A stretch of 64,000 nt of DNA from Anthoceros angustus (Eukaryota > Plantae > Anthocerotophyta). The stretch lies in NCBI GenBank assembly GCA_010909165.1, contig MU008199.1, positions 452,248-516,247 on the forward strand. The letters run 5' to 3'. Of this stretch, positions 26,326 to 38,577 are shown piece after piece; position 1 is the first letter of the stretch, and every line of letters begins with the position of its first letter. A program made the translations under genes and the position numbers. The notes under the pieces were generated by a model that worked only from the letters and a program-made list of their open reading frames with translations, made no database searches and was not told the origin of the DNA.

Positions 26326-27378
26326 TCCCATATCCTCGGGCTTGGAGACAAGGTTCAAGTGGCGTTTGATTTCTTCGCTTCAGAGCTCTCTCGCCTTGAT
26401 TTGAAGGTCAAAATCATCAAGTGCAAGGTTTAGTCTCCCTCTGGCGTTGTGCCTTTTCTCCAGTATCCGGAGGGGGATATTGCTTCTTCGCCGGGGCTTC
26501 GGGTTCTTGGTGTCCCGATTGGGCCTTCTGCCTTCACCCAGAATTATGTGGACGCGGCTTTGGCTGAAGATTTGGCGCACATTGACGACCTTTCTCACCT
26601 GGGAAACCCGCAAGTGGCGTTTGGGATCCTCTCCTTTTGTTTTGCGTGGCGGCCAGGGTACCTTCTCCGAACGGCTGCCCCCTCCCCGGTTTTCTTATCT
26701 AGCCTAAGGAATTTCGACAAGCGGCTTATGCAAGTTTTAGGCGACATCATCGGCCCAAGCACCTTCAAATGTGCGGCCGGGGATCTTGCGAAGCGGCAAG
26801 CGTTCCTTCCCATCGCTTTTGGGGGCATTGGTTTCTTGTACGGAGGCCTCCGCTTCGCCCTGTAGAGCTGGGCTCTCTCTGCCCCCATCTTGTCCTCCCG
26901 TTTCTTAATTCGGCATTCACATATCTTGGAGGCTTTTGTCGCGGGCGTTGAGGAGGGAACTTTTCCCATGCAGGCCTCACTAAGATTAGCCAGGGACTCT
27001 TTATCCTCCGAGGCGAGGGTTGTCATGCCGTCTTTTTCCTCGCTTTCCGAGATTGGGCTTGGGCTTGGCGTCCTCACGGAAGCGATGCAGGCGGGGCAAT
27101 TGGCCCTCCTCCGGGATTCCTCTATTCCTAAGCCCACTCGGGCTTGTCTCCGTTCTTGCTCAGGAAAGGGGGCACGTTCATGGCTTCTGGCTCGACCTAG
27201 TATTCAGGCGTTCTGCATCGCACCAACAACTTTTTCCACCGCGATGCGTTTTCGACTTGGCTTGGTCCATCCTCTGGCTTGCTCTCTTTCAACTTGTAGC
27301 TGCGGGGCCACTCTTGATGACTTTGGGATGCACTTGGCTCGCTGTCCCGTGGGTTGCCCAGGGCAGCGTATCGCTACA
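26326..27378 (+). mobile_element. Truncated non-LTR retrotransposon (RT C-terminal part plus CCHC finger; resembles early-branching RLE/CRE-like elements)
   Basis: One frame with in-frame stops (26431, 26863): SHILG..LKVKIIKCKV*SP, LRVLGVPIG, QAFLPIAFGGIGF, GARSWLLARP, FSTAMRFRLGL, CSCGATLDDFGMHLARC. Begins just after the expected YxDD position and ends before any endonuclease. Confidence 0.8.
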
Positions 27379-27379
27379 T

Positions 27380-27898
27380 GTACCATCTACCTGGGATGAG
27401 GTACCATCTACCCACAATTCCTCTTGGATAAGGTACCATCTACCTACAATTCCTCTTGGATAAGGTACCATCTACCCACAATTCCTCCTGGCCTTTGGTG
27501 GCCTGCTTGTTATGAAAGCCCCTCGGACCCCCTAGTGGCCCTTGAGGTACCACCTACCCACAATTCCTCCTGGCCCTCAGTGGCCTGCTTGTTATGAAAG
27601 CCCCTTGGACCCCCTAGTGGCCCTTGGTGGCTTGCTAACTCTAAAAGTCCCTTGGCCCCCCTCGTGGCCCTTGGTGCCTTGCTTGTTGTGAAAGCCTCTC
27701 GAGCCCCCATAGTGACATATAATCTCTATTGTCTTACCCACAAAAACAACTATTGTTGTAAGGACCGTCGGGGTCCTCTAACTTACACGAAATGTAAATA
27801 CCCGATTGATTTCTTATCTCACCCACCAAAACAACTGTTGTTGTAAAGACCGTCGGGGTCCTCTAACTTACACGAAATGTAAATACCCGATTGATTTC
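27380..27898. repeat. Tandem repeats: about 32-bp TACCATCTACCCACAATTCCTC units, GC-rich GGCC/CCCC units, and an about 85-bp duplication
   Basis: Units begin near 27380, 27402, 27434, 27466 and 27548. The duplicated CTTA..CACC..AACAACT.TTGTTGTAA.GACCGTCGGGGTCC..GATTGATTTC block occupies about 27730-27898. Confidence 0.85.
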
Positions 27899-27984
27899 AT
27901 CAAAAAAATAAAACCTAAAACTTTACGAAGGAGACTAATGGATGAAGGACACTACCAGACTGGCAGTTCAAATGTAATTGACCG

Positions 27985-28580
27985 AAGTACTTGGCCACAT
28001 GGCAAACCAAAGTGACAAGGCAAACGTTCACGTGCACTTAGGTTAGTAGTTGGCTAGACTAGCGGTTCAGACCTAGTTGAGCTGAGAAGTTGGCCACATG
28101 GCAAACCAAACTGACAAGGCAAATGTTGACTTCCACTTAGGTTGGCAATTGCCCATACGGCAAACCAAACAGACATGGCAAATGTTAACATGCATTTGGG
28201 TTGGCAGTTGGCCATATGGCAAACCAAACTGACATGGCAAACGTTGACATCCACTTGGGTTAGCAATGGGCCACATGGGAAACCAAAATGACATGGCAAA
28301 CGTTGACATCCACTTGGGTTAGCAATGGGCCACATGGGAAACCAAAATGACATGGCAAACGTTGCCGCACACTTGGGTTAGCAGTTGGCCACCATGGGAT
28401 GGACATAATCGGACAAAGTTGAGTTGTAGTCGCCTTATTGGTTGGCCACATAGCAAACCACATGGCAAACCAAACTGACATAATAAATCAAGCTGAACGA
28501 ACCATGGCATGGACACAATCAGACATAGTTGAGTTGTAGTTGGCTCATTAGTTGGCCACATAGCAAACCAAACTCAACGC
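27985..28580. repeat. Degenerate minisatellite of about 58-bp units (GGCCACATGGCAAACCAAACTGACATGGCAAACGTTGAC...)
   Basis: About ten diverged copies are visible; two near-identical units lie around 28240-28360. Confidence 0.85.
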
Positions 28581-28779
28581 ACCATGCCACTCGTTTGTTT
28601 AAGTTTGTTTTCTACTAAAAGCCTTTGACCCTGTGTCCTCGAACCTGCAAAATATTGTTAATAGTATTGCTATTATTATTTTTGAATGATATTTTTAAAT
28701 AATGATAATTGAGTTTGAGATTTACAATCATATGTTAAAACTATTTTTATTTCACAATTCGGTCTCAATTATTCAGGAG

Positions 28780-29800
28780 GACGTCTGGTTTAGTTGGGAT
28801 GGAAGGTCAACTTTGATTCAGTGGGGATGGCTGGTTCAGTTGGGATGGTAGGTTAACTTTGATTCGGTTGGGATGGCTGGTCAACTTTGAACCGTGCATG
28901 TCACCTCAACCATACGTGCAACCACGTATGATTATGATTATGCATGCCACCTCAGCCATATATGCATGTGCATGTCACCTCAGCCATAGTGTCACGTATG
29001 ATTATGATTGATAGTATGCATGTCACCTCGGCGATACGTGCCACATATGATTGTGCTCTTAAACTGAAGAAGTTTAATAAATCATTTTTCAATAGATTGA
29101 CTTTAGGAATCCTTTAGCAGATGGGAGATTAAAAACAAAAAATATGTGGCTCAATTTGGTTGAGCAGTCTGTAAAATATGAGGCTCAATTTGGTTGAGCA
29201 GTCTGTAGCATTCTAGTTCGAGATGACAGTTCATCGGATGAACCTCATGTGGAGAAATAAAACGGAATTACAAATTGCCACTAACCCTGCAATTGGACAA
29301 ACTACACGAGTTTGATATTGTCCTAACTTTTTGTGAAAGTAGGTCATAGCCGATCCTAGGTGGATCAACAACTACGCGAACCAACTGCGAGTTTGGTAGT
29401 GTGCCAACCTTTTTGTGAATGTAGTTCACAAGTTTCATTCAACTACGAGTTTGGTAATATCCTAATTTTTTCGGGAACGTAGTTCCCAAACATAGTATGA
29501 AATATCTATAGTTGGTATAGTTGAGAATCTACATTCACAAGCCTTGGATGAAACATCTATTGTTGATATAGTTGAGAATCCTAGATTTCTCACGAACACA
29601 AAACAAAACCAAAACTGAAATGATCATTCCCAAGTGACGAACATATACCGCCAGAAAACAGATGGCAGTACATGAAAACATATGATAGGATAGCACCCAA
29701 TGCACGGAAAATAGATGGCAGTACATGAAAACATATGATAGGATAGCACCCAAGAGCACTTGGATATAGTTGGCAACACCCAATTTCTGGTCCCATTAAT
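28780..29800. repeat. Mosaic of short tandem repeat families (TE subterminal-like)
   Basis: AGTTGGGATGG..GGTCAACTTTGA units; TGCATGTCACCTCA.CCATA units; a duplicated AAATATG.GGCTCAATTTGGTTGAGCAGTCTGTA; ACTACGAGTTTG units; a duplicated GATGGCAGTACATGAAAACATATGATAGGATAGCACCCAA. Confidence 0.8.
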
Positions 29801-29979
29801 TTGTTGAAAACTGTGTCTAAATATGTAGATCAAGGGGACTATCTATAGCATAGCTTGTAGTTAAGGTGGCACATACATACCTAGGTCTGTACTACGGCGG
29901 AAGTATAAATAGAAGTGCACCTACATTGTCCATTCGAATTTTGAAGTTTGTTTTGAAGGGAGCTTCGGGACTAGCCATG

Positions 29980-32130
29980 TCAAGATGTGGATGAGAAACG
30001 GTTGCCACCAAAGGAGGGTGCAAGAATTCTGAAGAGCCCATCTGGATTGTCGGTGTGAACCTGCATGGATCATGGGGTCAGATGACAGAAGTCCGTGATT
30101 GAAAGGAAAGTGAGACGACAAGGTGAAGTGAACTGACCCAGTGGCCTGCATCTTCCAGCACGTGCATCTCTACGCCAGCGCCCTCAGCAGACGCCACCAT
30201 CTCTGCGGTATGTATTCTTTGCACGTCTTCCAGTGCCCACCTGTGTAAACTCCGCTCTGCTCGGAGGAAGTTGATGTGAACACCTTCAGGCACATCGTCC
30301 ACAAGAGGCCTGTGCGGCATGGCATGGTATTTCTGTGAGAAAGCCTACTTTAGTTGTTGTCGGAGAGCAGAAGATCTCATGACCTTACCACAGATTTGTC
30401 TCCTCGTAAGACTCGTACATGGAGGCTATGCCATCCAGATTGAAGATCCATTGGAAGCCTGGACTTCTCTCGCCGTTGGCGGCTTCGATGGGTTTGAGGT
30501 TGGTGGTCATCCACTGCAGGATTAGGCAGCTGCTTTAGTTTCAGGATTTGGGAGAAGCGATTTCTTCTGGATGTAGAAGGCAGTGAGATGGTGCAAGTTG
30601 TACCTGGGCGATGGCGGTGGAGAAGCCCTTGTGGGCAAGGTTTTCTATGAGCCACCGTCGGGAAGGTACCGCATGTGGCATTTCTCGAAGAGCTGCTATG
30701 AGCTCTGCCGGGTGATCCTCTCCGTCTCCACCCGCTCGCACCTGTCCAGGTGTGGCATCCAACACCCAAACCTGGAGTACAAGGGTATCTGTCACCGGCT
30801 CTGAGGAGAATGAGGAGAAGGAGATTCTCGATGCAGGAGTGGTGGGTGAAGTGGTTTGAGAAACTTGCCTTGACCGGGCGTGGAAGAGGTTTTGCAGCTT
30901 GATCCACCATGCTCAATGCCACTGCACGTTGCAGCCAATTTGAGATGCCGTGCCTCTTTTTCTTTTTCATCTCATGTCAAGGCAGCGTGACAACAAGTTC
31001 TCATACCTTTGCCACCAAAGCTGTGGCCTACAAGTACTCTTGGAGTAAGCTTCAATTGTCCAACCTGGGGAATCCAAAGTTGAAGGAACCTTCAAGGTGT
31101 CCTGAACTACGTTATCGCTGAAGGAACTTGGTACAAACTTACGAGTTGCAACACATCTCGAGCAGCTGATGCCACTGTATTAGGTCCCCTTGTCTTCAAA
31201 TCGGTGGAGTCCCCATGGCATCTCAAGTCCACCAACAGAAACTGCAAGATAGTTTTCATTGTACCGTGGCGTGGTCAGCTCAAATCTCAAGATGCCGCCA
31301 CTTCAAGCTTGAAGAGAGAGAAGAATCCGGGACGTGTACCTGCCATGTCGGAAACTCCTGTGCAAGCCTCTTTGCGAAAGATGCTACGTGTTGCAGGCGA
31401 AAATACGAAGGTTAGTATCGCAGACGTCAGGATGAGGACAAGGATGGAAGGCTTTGAAACCTACCCCAGTTACGTCGTCCTCCCAAAATGCCATGAAGCA
31501 AAACTGCTGTAGGTGGCTCGGGTGTTGCTTTACTCCTATTCTCACTCCATCTGACCTGCAATGACCAGGCCCCGGCAATTGGGTCTTCAGGGATAAGGTG
31601 ATGCTGGATGGATGCACACATTCAAGTAGCTAGTTCCCGTCAGAGAGGTTTACCAAAGCTCCTTGTACTAGCTCGTAGGCCTGCAGAAGAAGACAGCACC
31701 ATCAGCACAGACACAGACAGCATAGCAAAGCTTGCCTACTGACGTGTATACTGTAACTCCTTACCAAAACTGTCGATGGGTTGATTGCCGGAGGCTTAAC
31801 AGCTATAGGTCTCTCGTCCACTAAGGTCATGACTATCTGGCCCCCAGAGATGCTGGCTTTGCTGCTTGCTTTGAACCTCGTATCTTTCCTTCCTAAGGTT
31901 TGGAATGTGCTTCCCTGCAAGCCAATGGAGGCAATGCTAAAGAACCCAGCACAAAGAGCAAACTGTGCATAAGGATGACACGATTCTCTACACACCTTAC
32001 GAAACATTGCTATGCAGTCTTGAAGCCTTCGTCGACTTGGCAGGGACGGCAGAGAATGCCCCTGCCCGCGCACAGCCATTGCAGTTCCTCGAATCTGCGG
32101 TTGTAGCAACATGCTGGCAGTCCCTGCCAT
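29980..32130 (-). CDS. Alpha/beta hydrolase (ABHD11-like esterase), multi-exon, probably organelle-targeted
   Basis: PPTAVLLHGILGGRRNW, VWVLDATPG.VRAGGDGEDHPAELI, VHINFLRAERSLHRWALED, HVLEDAGHW|VHTDNPDGLFRIL. The start codon at 32130 is tentative. Confidence 0.82.
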
Positions 32131-32899
32131 AGCGCCTCTCGCTTTGCAGAAGACGCAGGAGAAAGGAGGCTCGCTCCCGATCCTAAGACATTCTCTCCGG
32201 GGCCTCCATACAAGAGATTCAGGCAACTTCCTAGCCTCTAATGGAACACTCCTTCGCAGCCCAGCCTAGCGAGCAATAACAAGGAGCGTTGTAACTCCAG
32301 GTCAGTGAGATTTCTGCCAACGCAGGAAGGCTCTGGAAATCCAGCACCAGATCCCCAGCAAACACCTCCTTCATACAGATGTCTCAGCAAAGAGCACAAT
32401 GCAGAGCTCTGCATGCGACCTGAGTAGCTGGACATGGGGAGATTTAGCCAAAGTTGGAACCCAAGGTGCAAAAGACTGTGTCAAGAGCGTGGCTGCATAA
32501 CTCCTGTTTTCCAGCCGTGCTTCTCTGGCCGTGTCGGATTCGGATTTTCAACTTTTCTGGCAAACCACGACCGCCTCAGTCCCCTGGTGGTCCCACAGCG
32601 GCCGGGGACCACAGAGCGAGCCCTTGGCCAGTCCGGCGGAGCCCGCCATTGGCCAGAAACAAACTTGCCAGATTTGGTGAATTGTCAGACTAGTGGCGGA
32701 GCTTGCAAGTGCCACGCGCACCCAACATCGATTTCACAGGTGGAATCGATGCAATCGGTTACGAGATATGTTTGTTGGCAACTACCGCCCAGATTTCACC
32801 CACTAAGCCGCTGTGTCGGTTGCCGTAAGCAGGGGGGCAACTGCAAGGCTGTTGGCTAGTCCTGTATTACTGGATGTAGCAAATGTGGGTACAGCTTGA

Positions 32900-34076
32900 T
32901 CAAGCTTTGACAAAGATGCGGAGCTCGCCTCTGTCCCCTCTGGTGATCCTTGTCTCATCATCCACGAAAGTATTGTCAAACTCAGCACTGCGTAATCCAG
33001 AGGGCGGCCTCAGGAATTCTGGCAGCTCCGGCAGCTGAGGGAGCTGGAGTGGTGGCAGTTCTGATAACCCTCCTCCTGGTTTGACGATGGTCTTGTCCGC
33101 GGTGATGCGGATCACGCCGCCACCTAGGCAAAGGGGAAGAGGACATCATGGTGAAGAGGAGCTTTGAAGGTTGGGATAGGATGGGTGGTAGCTGTGCAGT
33201 GTGCAATTACCAGTGAGCTCGAATGTGTGGCCAAGAGTGGCTGTGACTTCCAGCGGAGGGAGAGGCCAAGGTGCGGGTATCTTCAGATCCACTATGTTGT
33301 CGCACTGCCTGCTGGGGACGTCTATCCTTTGGTAAACCTGAAGGAACGATACAGCAGCAATGGAGGCTGTGAGAATGTATGAAGCAAGGCATGGCACATA
33401 GTGAACATTCATTTTCTTGCAGCAAACCAGATGATAAGCCTTGCAAGGCCACAAAACCTGTCCCCTAGGTAAGACCTGTCCCAGGGTGAGGGGCAGCAGC
33501 TGCCCAATTGGAGGCCCTGGCCGACTCCCTCCGAAGCTGCCGGAGCCGAAGCCGCTGCTGTAGACCAGCCGCCATCTCCCTTGCAGCAAGTCCAGATCGT
33601 CAGGGAACTCCACGGCATTGCCAGCTGCTTCCAGTTTGCGGGCAGCCTTGTCCACCTCTGCCTGGTCAGCTGGAGTGGCCACCAGGCCTCGGTCCAAGCC
33701 AGCCAGTCGGCCCTGTCACAAGCCCATCACAAACTACCCGGTCATGTTGCATGCTGCCAAAGTCTGGATCAGATGCTAACAAGCCTGGTTCCAGATCCGC
33801 ACATACCAGCAGCTCCGCCTTGATGCCTGAGAGGTCCACCTTGGAAGGGGCTTCCTCAGCAGCAAGCGTAGCCCTCACGGAGACAGCTCCACTTCTGCCT
33901 GCCTTCCTTGTCGCCCATGAGCCCGCCCTGAGAGAGTGCCTGGACTTGCCTGGCCCCAACACCGGGAGATGACTGCACCGCACAAATGCAGGAGACAAGG
34001 GGGCATTTGTGGGCGCTTGGTGCACGCTGGAAATGCCATATCTCTGAGCCCAGGTGCATGATGGTCGGACTGCCAT
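32900..34076 (-). CDS. FBN4: Plastid lipid-associated protein/fibrillin (FBN4-like)
   Basis: Transit-peptide-like N-terminus; LAGLDRGLVA, LDLLQGRWRLVYSSGF, RPGPPIGQLLPLTLGQVYQRID, PWPLPPLEVTATLGHTFEL, TRITRGDRGELRIFVK. Confidence 0.9.
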
Positions 34077-34293
34077 GCTCCTGATGGTGTCGTGACTTCT
34101 CTGCGTCCGGATCACAAGGTTGTGACTTCAAGCTTGCAAAGGAGATGGGTGGGCGACGCAGCCACCGTCCAAAGTCGACATGTGGAGTCTCAGAGTGCCT
34201 CTCGAGCCACATCACCCAATCACATGAAAGTAGGTTTCATTAGCTTGAGCAGCCCGCAGTTGGGTTGTCCGTGGACCGAACCGGGGTCCTGCT

Positions 34294-35857
34294 ATGTTGC
34301 GTAGCGTCTACAAGGCGGCCTCCAGATGGCGGCATTCTTGGTCCTCGACTTGGTGTCATCCCCAGAGCAGCTGGAGCCTTCCTGCACAAGAACTGCAACA
34401 AGTCTCCAGAACCCGTGGGCTGCAGATCCAGTTCTACAACCTGTTCAAAACCAAGATGCAGGAGTTGAGGCAGATGGGTTGGGAACATTTGCCTCCTGAC
34501 GAGCTAGCATTGATCTACTACAGGCTCAACATTGTCCCACTGCGACGCCTGTTTTCCTGGTATTGCCTCGTCTTGCTTCCTTTGCTGTTGCACTTGTTGG
34601 GTAGAGGCTTGCATTCAAGAGTGGTGAGAATTCAGAGACATGTCTGTCACAGGGCTGTCCCTTCCGAGGACGCATTGGAGGCCATTGCCCGCTCGTCTCC
34701 TGATGGTGTTGTGGAGGTCCCTGTTTTCTCTATCCTCCATGTAGTTCAGTTACAGCACAGGCCCATTGTGCATGGGAGAGTGACGTGAGTCTGCTCTGAA
34801 CTGGCAGATGGGTGCGGGAACGGGCTACTGGGCATGGCTCCTTCGGCAGAGAGATGTGAAGGTGGTGGCATTTGACAGGAACCCCATGACACACGGTGAC
34901 CTAAACGGTTACCATGGATTGCCTGATGGCATTGTCTCCAGTGTTGTCCAAGCCACAGGTGGTGTTGTTATTCGAGATTGCTCTCGTTTTGCCTTCTTGT
35001 TCATACGTCTCCTGAAACAGCCGCGTGATCAGGACGAGGTGGCAATCAAGCTGGGAATGCTCCGCCCTTCACTGTCGTTCAAGGTCATCCGACTGTTCAC
35101 CTTGAAACGCTTGCTTTCAGTATTGCATGCCATGTCTCCTCTTCTTATGCCAGTGAGTGTGTCGATCTGTTGTGCAGAGGGTGGTCCGGAAATGGTAGCC
35201 AAGTATCCTGATTATTCACTGTTCCTTTGCTGGCCACCTGCTGAGGTACGGGCTACTCTTCCTACTTTGCAGAGCTTGTTGCTGATGTCCTCTATCTCAG
35301 CTGCTGGCACCATAATTATCTGTCAGGATGACGCTGGTGAAACAGCTATTGCAAACATGGCACTGGAAAGTCTGCGGGCATACTCAGGGAGGACGGTTCT
35401 CTACGTTGGAGAATCTCCTGGCTCCTTTGTCGGTGGCCAGCCATCCAGCTTCCAGACTGGTGGAGTAAAATTCCTTTCAGATTTGATGGAAAACTGGGAT
35501 AAAATCGGACATGTGCCTCTACCGAGTTGGCCGTGGGCTCCTGCCTGTCTCACCCTCTGGTCTCGCAAGAGTGCCGCTTTACCAACACAGCTGCCGGCAG
35601 CCAGACCCCCTACTTCTCCTGACTTCAACTTGACAGAAGCGGAAGAAAAAGAAAGCACCAACTTGCGCAAGGAAATTCTACGAATGTATGATATGCTCTG
35701 GCAAGATGCTGTGCTCTCATACTCCACAAAGCCAGGCAGGTTTGGGCAGATGACAAGCAAGGAAAGATGGCTAATCTTTGCCTGCCTGAGAAAGAGCATT
35801 TGGAGATCCAGCTTCCTATCGCCCTTGGCAAGCCTGCTGGCGCCTGATGGGAAGTAG
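34294..35857 (+). CDS. Uncharacterised class I SAM-dependent methyltransferase-like protein, multi-exon
   Basis: Spliced FSW|AVPSEDALEAIA..VVE|MGAGTGYWAWLLRQRDVKVVAFD (motif I, GxGxG), LFLCWPP, VLYVGE. Confidence 0.75.
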
Positions 35858-36205
35858 GTTGTGGTGGGTGGACATTAATCTTCTTCCTGGCCACGTCCCA
35901 ATTCACAGGATAATAAGAGCTTCTGATCAGTTTTTCCAGTACGCGATTTCTTGCCGCTGTGAACAGGCCACGTGAGCAACCATAAACTCTAGCCACCGCA
36001 AGGCCCACAGGGCAAATCCTGCCTTGCTGGCGTTGTTCATGCACCAGTGTTTTAACAAAACCGAAGGATCTCGTGTACGCCTGCTCGGCCGCTACACTTC
36101 CCTGCTGCTCCTGGTTCTGATCTCTTTTGCATTGCCTGTTTCCATCGCGCTGAAGTGTCCCGTTGTTCTGCTTCCAGAAGCTGCTGGCAACCTGTCTCTT
36201 GAAGG

Positions 36206-38430
36206 ATGACTTCCGCCTCGTCAGCCCTGGTATTGCCATCTCCCTCCCTGTCCCGACAGTACTGCAACGGTTTCAAATCCTCAGCATATGAGATCTTCCA
36301 AGGCCAGACTCAGAGTTCGTCGGCGCGCCTCCGAGTGTCAAACATCCCATCCGACAGAAGTTTGAGAGTCAGGGCACAGGTTGCCACTCCTGTGGAATCC
36401 ACCACTCAAAAACTTGGCCAGACTGACCTTGAAGTCACCAAGTTGGGAATTGGAGCGTGGTCTTGGGGAGACACAGTATACTGGAATGACGGTAGCTGGG
36501 ACGGTAAGATGGCTGGAATTCCATTGCCCTTCATCACGCGCTTATGGTTTGGAACTGCCTCCTCTCTTAATTCTGGATTCTCTGCTGGACAGATAGGAAG
36601 GTGAAAGACGTGAAGGGAGCATTCGACGCGGGCGTGGATGCGGGCATCACACTTTTTGACACAGCAGGTGGATTGGTTGTTTGGATTTCTGTCCTGGCTT
36701 CGGCTTTCCAAATTTGGTGATCTGTTTTAACATTTCTCTCTTCCTCATCTTGCAGAGGTGTACGGCTCAAAGGTTTGAAATCTTTCCCCACTTTCTTACT
36801 GCTTAGACATGAGATGCCTTGTGCTGATGGCACCTTCATGCCTTACAGTGGTTCGGAGGCGAAGATTCAGAGAGACTTCTCGGAGAGTAAGTGTGGTGCT
36901 TGAATGCCGAACTGAGCTCACCTTAAGACAAACCACACGAGCTCCCTCCCACGAATCGAGTTGGACCTGCGCAGGTTCGTCAAGTACAGGAAACTAAAAG
37001 ATGACAAAAAGGTTTTCATTGCTACCAAATTTGCGTCCCTGCCTTGGCGGTTTGGCAGAGGTAGTGTCATTGCAGCCGTGAAGGAATCCTTGAAAAAATT
37101 GGGTGTTCCATCAATCGACCTCTATCAGATTCACTGGTATGAGCTGAGTTGGATATGAATGATTCACTGTGAACTCACGGGGAACATGCAAACTTCTTGA
37201 CTGACGATCCCACTGCTGTGGCTACAGGCCTGGAGCGTGGCAAAACGACGGTAGGTGTCACCTTGCCTTGCAACGCCATGCACTTTGGCCTGCCGTGTAC
37301 ATACATGACTGATTATGGTTGGTATGGCTCGTTGCCGACACAGAGTACATTGATGGGCTCGGTGACGCCGTAGAACAGGGCCTTGTGAAAGCGGTAGGAG
37401 TTTCAAATTTTAAGGGTGAGGGCAGTACCAGAGAATCTTGCCGCCTCGTTGGTGTCTCTCAAGTAGATGCTTTCTGGTGCTGTTGACAGTGCTTCTGCTG
37501 ACATTGCGACACTCCTTTGCAGTGGAAAGGTTACGAAAAGCCCATGCCAAGCTTCGGGAAAGGAATATTCCCTTGGCTTCCAACCAAATCAATTACAGTC
37601 TAGTTTACAGGCTTCCCGAAAAGAATGGGGTGAAGCAGGCTTGCGATGATTTGGGGGTCACTGTGATTGCATATTCGCCTATTGGCCAAGGTATCCTTCT
37701 CATCGGGATGGGCTTGCTTCCCTGGTCGTTGGAGTCTTAGCATGTGCTCAGCACTTTGAGACTGTGTTTTCGTGCTCGTGTCCAGGTATCTTGAGTGGAA
37801 AGTACTCACCTGAAAATCGTCCGACGGGACCACGTGGCAGAGTGTACACCAAGGAATTCTTCATCAAGGTCGCATTTGCATCTCTCGTGTTCTTTCCTCT
37901 GGAAACAGGCTGTCGATCGAGCCGCAGAGGGCGTGCTTTTCATTTTCATGTCCACCTAGGGAGAGAGAGTAATGGATTCCTGGTACTGTCACAGGCTGCT
38001 CCTCTGTTGGACAGGTTGAAGGAAGTGGGTGCTAAATACGATAAGACCCCAGTCCAGGTAGGTCTCTTGTGAAGGATTCGCTAAGGAAAGCTTTGCTAGT
38101 TGTTGTATTCACCTCCTCCTTGGTTTGGTGTGAAACAGGTCTCCCTCAACTGGCTCATTGCCCAAGGCAATGTGGTGCCCATCCCGGGAGCCAAATCGGC
38201 AGCTCAGGCGAGTCTTCAGCACTTCCTTCCCTGTTTCTCTTTTGTCACCGTTGATGCATTCATGGCCTAGTTGCCCCGCTGCCTCTGATATCCTACTTTG
38301 CTTTGCTTCGCAGGCAGAGGAATTTGCAGGAGCTTTAGGGTGGAGCCTCACCGCGGAAGAAGTTGAAGAGCTACGAGAACTGTCATCAAAGATCGATTCG
38401 GTTCGAGGATTTCCTGTGGAGTCATTTTGA
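36206..38430 (+). CDS. Aldo-keto reductase, plastid-targeted (NADP-dependent oxidoreductase), multi-exon
   Basis: [74 protein letters not shown]. Confidence 0.92.
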
Positions 38431-38577
38431 CAGCACTTTCCACCAGCCCAGCTTATCAATACTTCGTGTAAACTCCTATCCTCAACTTGCCCTCCGAGAC
38501 ACAGGAGCTGGGGAGAGGAGCAGCTGTAAAATCAACCATCCTTTACATGCATCTTTGCAAACATGCTCTGTGAGAAG

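Noticed and set aside
24719-26433. Trp-to-TAG stops in the neprosin and retroelement frames as possible RNA-editing or readthrough sites
   Set aside because: The DNA is nuclear and both loci carry other lesions. G-to-A change from methyl-C deamination on the opposite strand explains them more simply.
27380-29900. Helitron or CACTA termini around the repeat mosaic
   Set aside because: I found no convincing hairpin-plus-CTRR end or paired CACTA/TAGTG termini.
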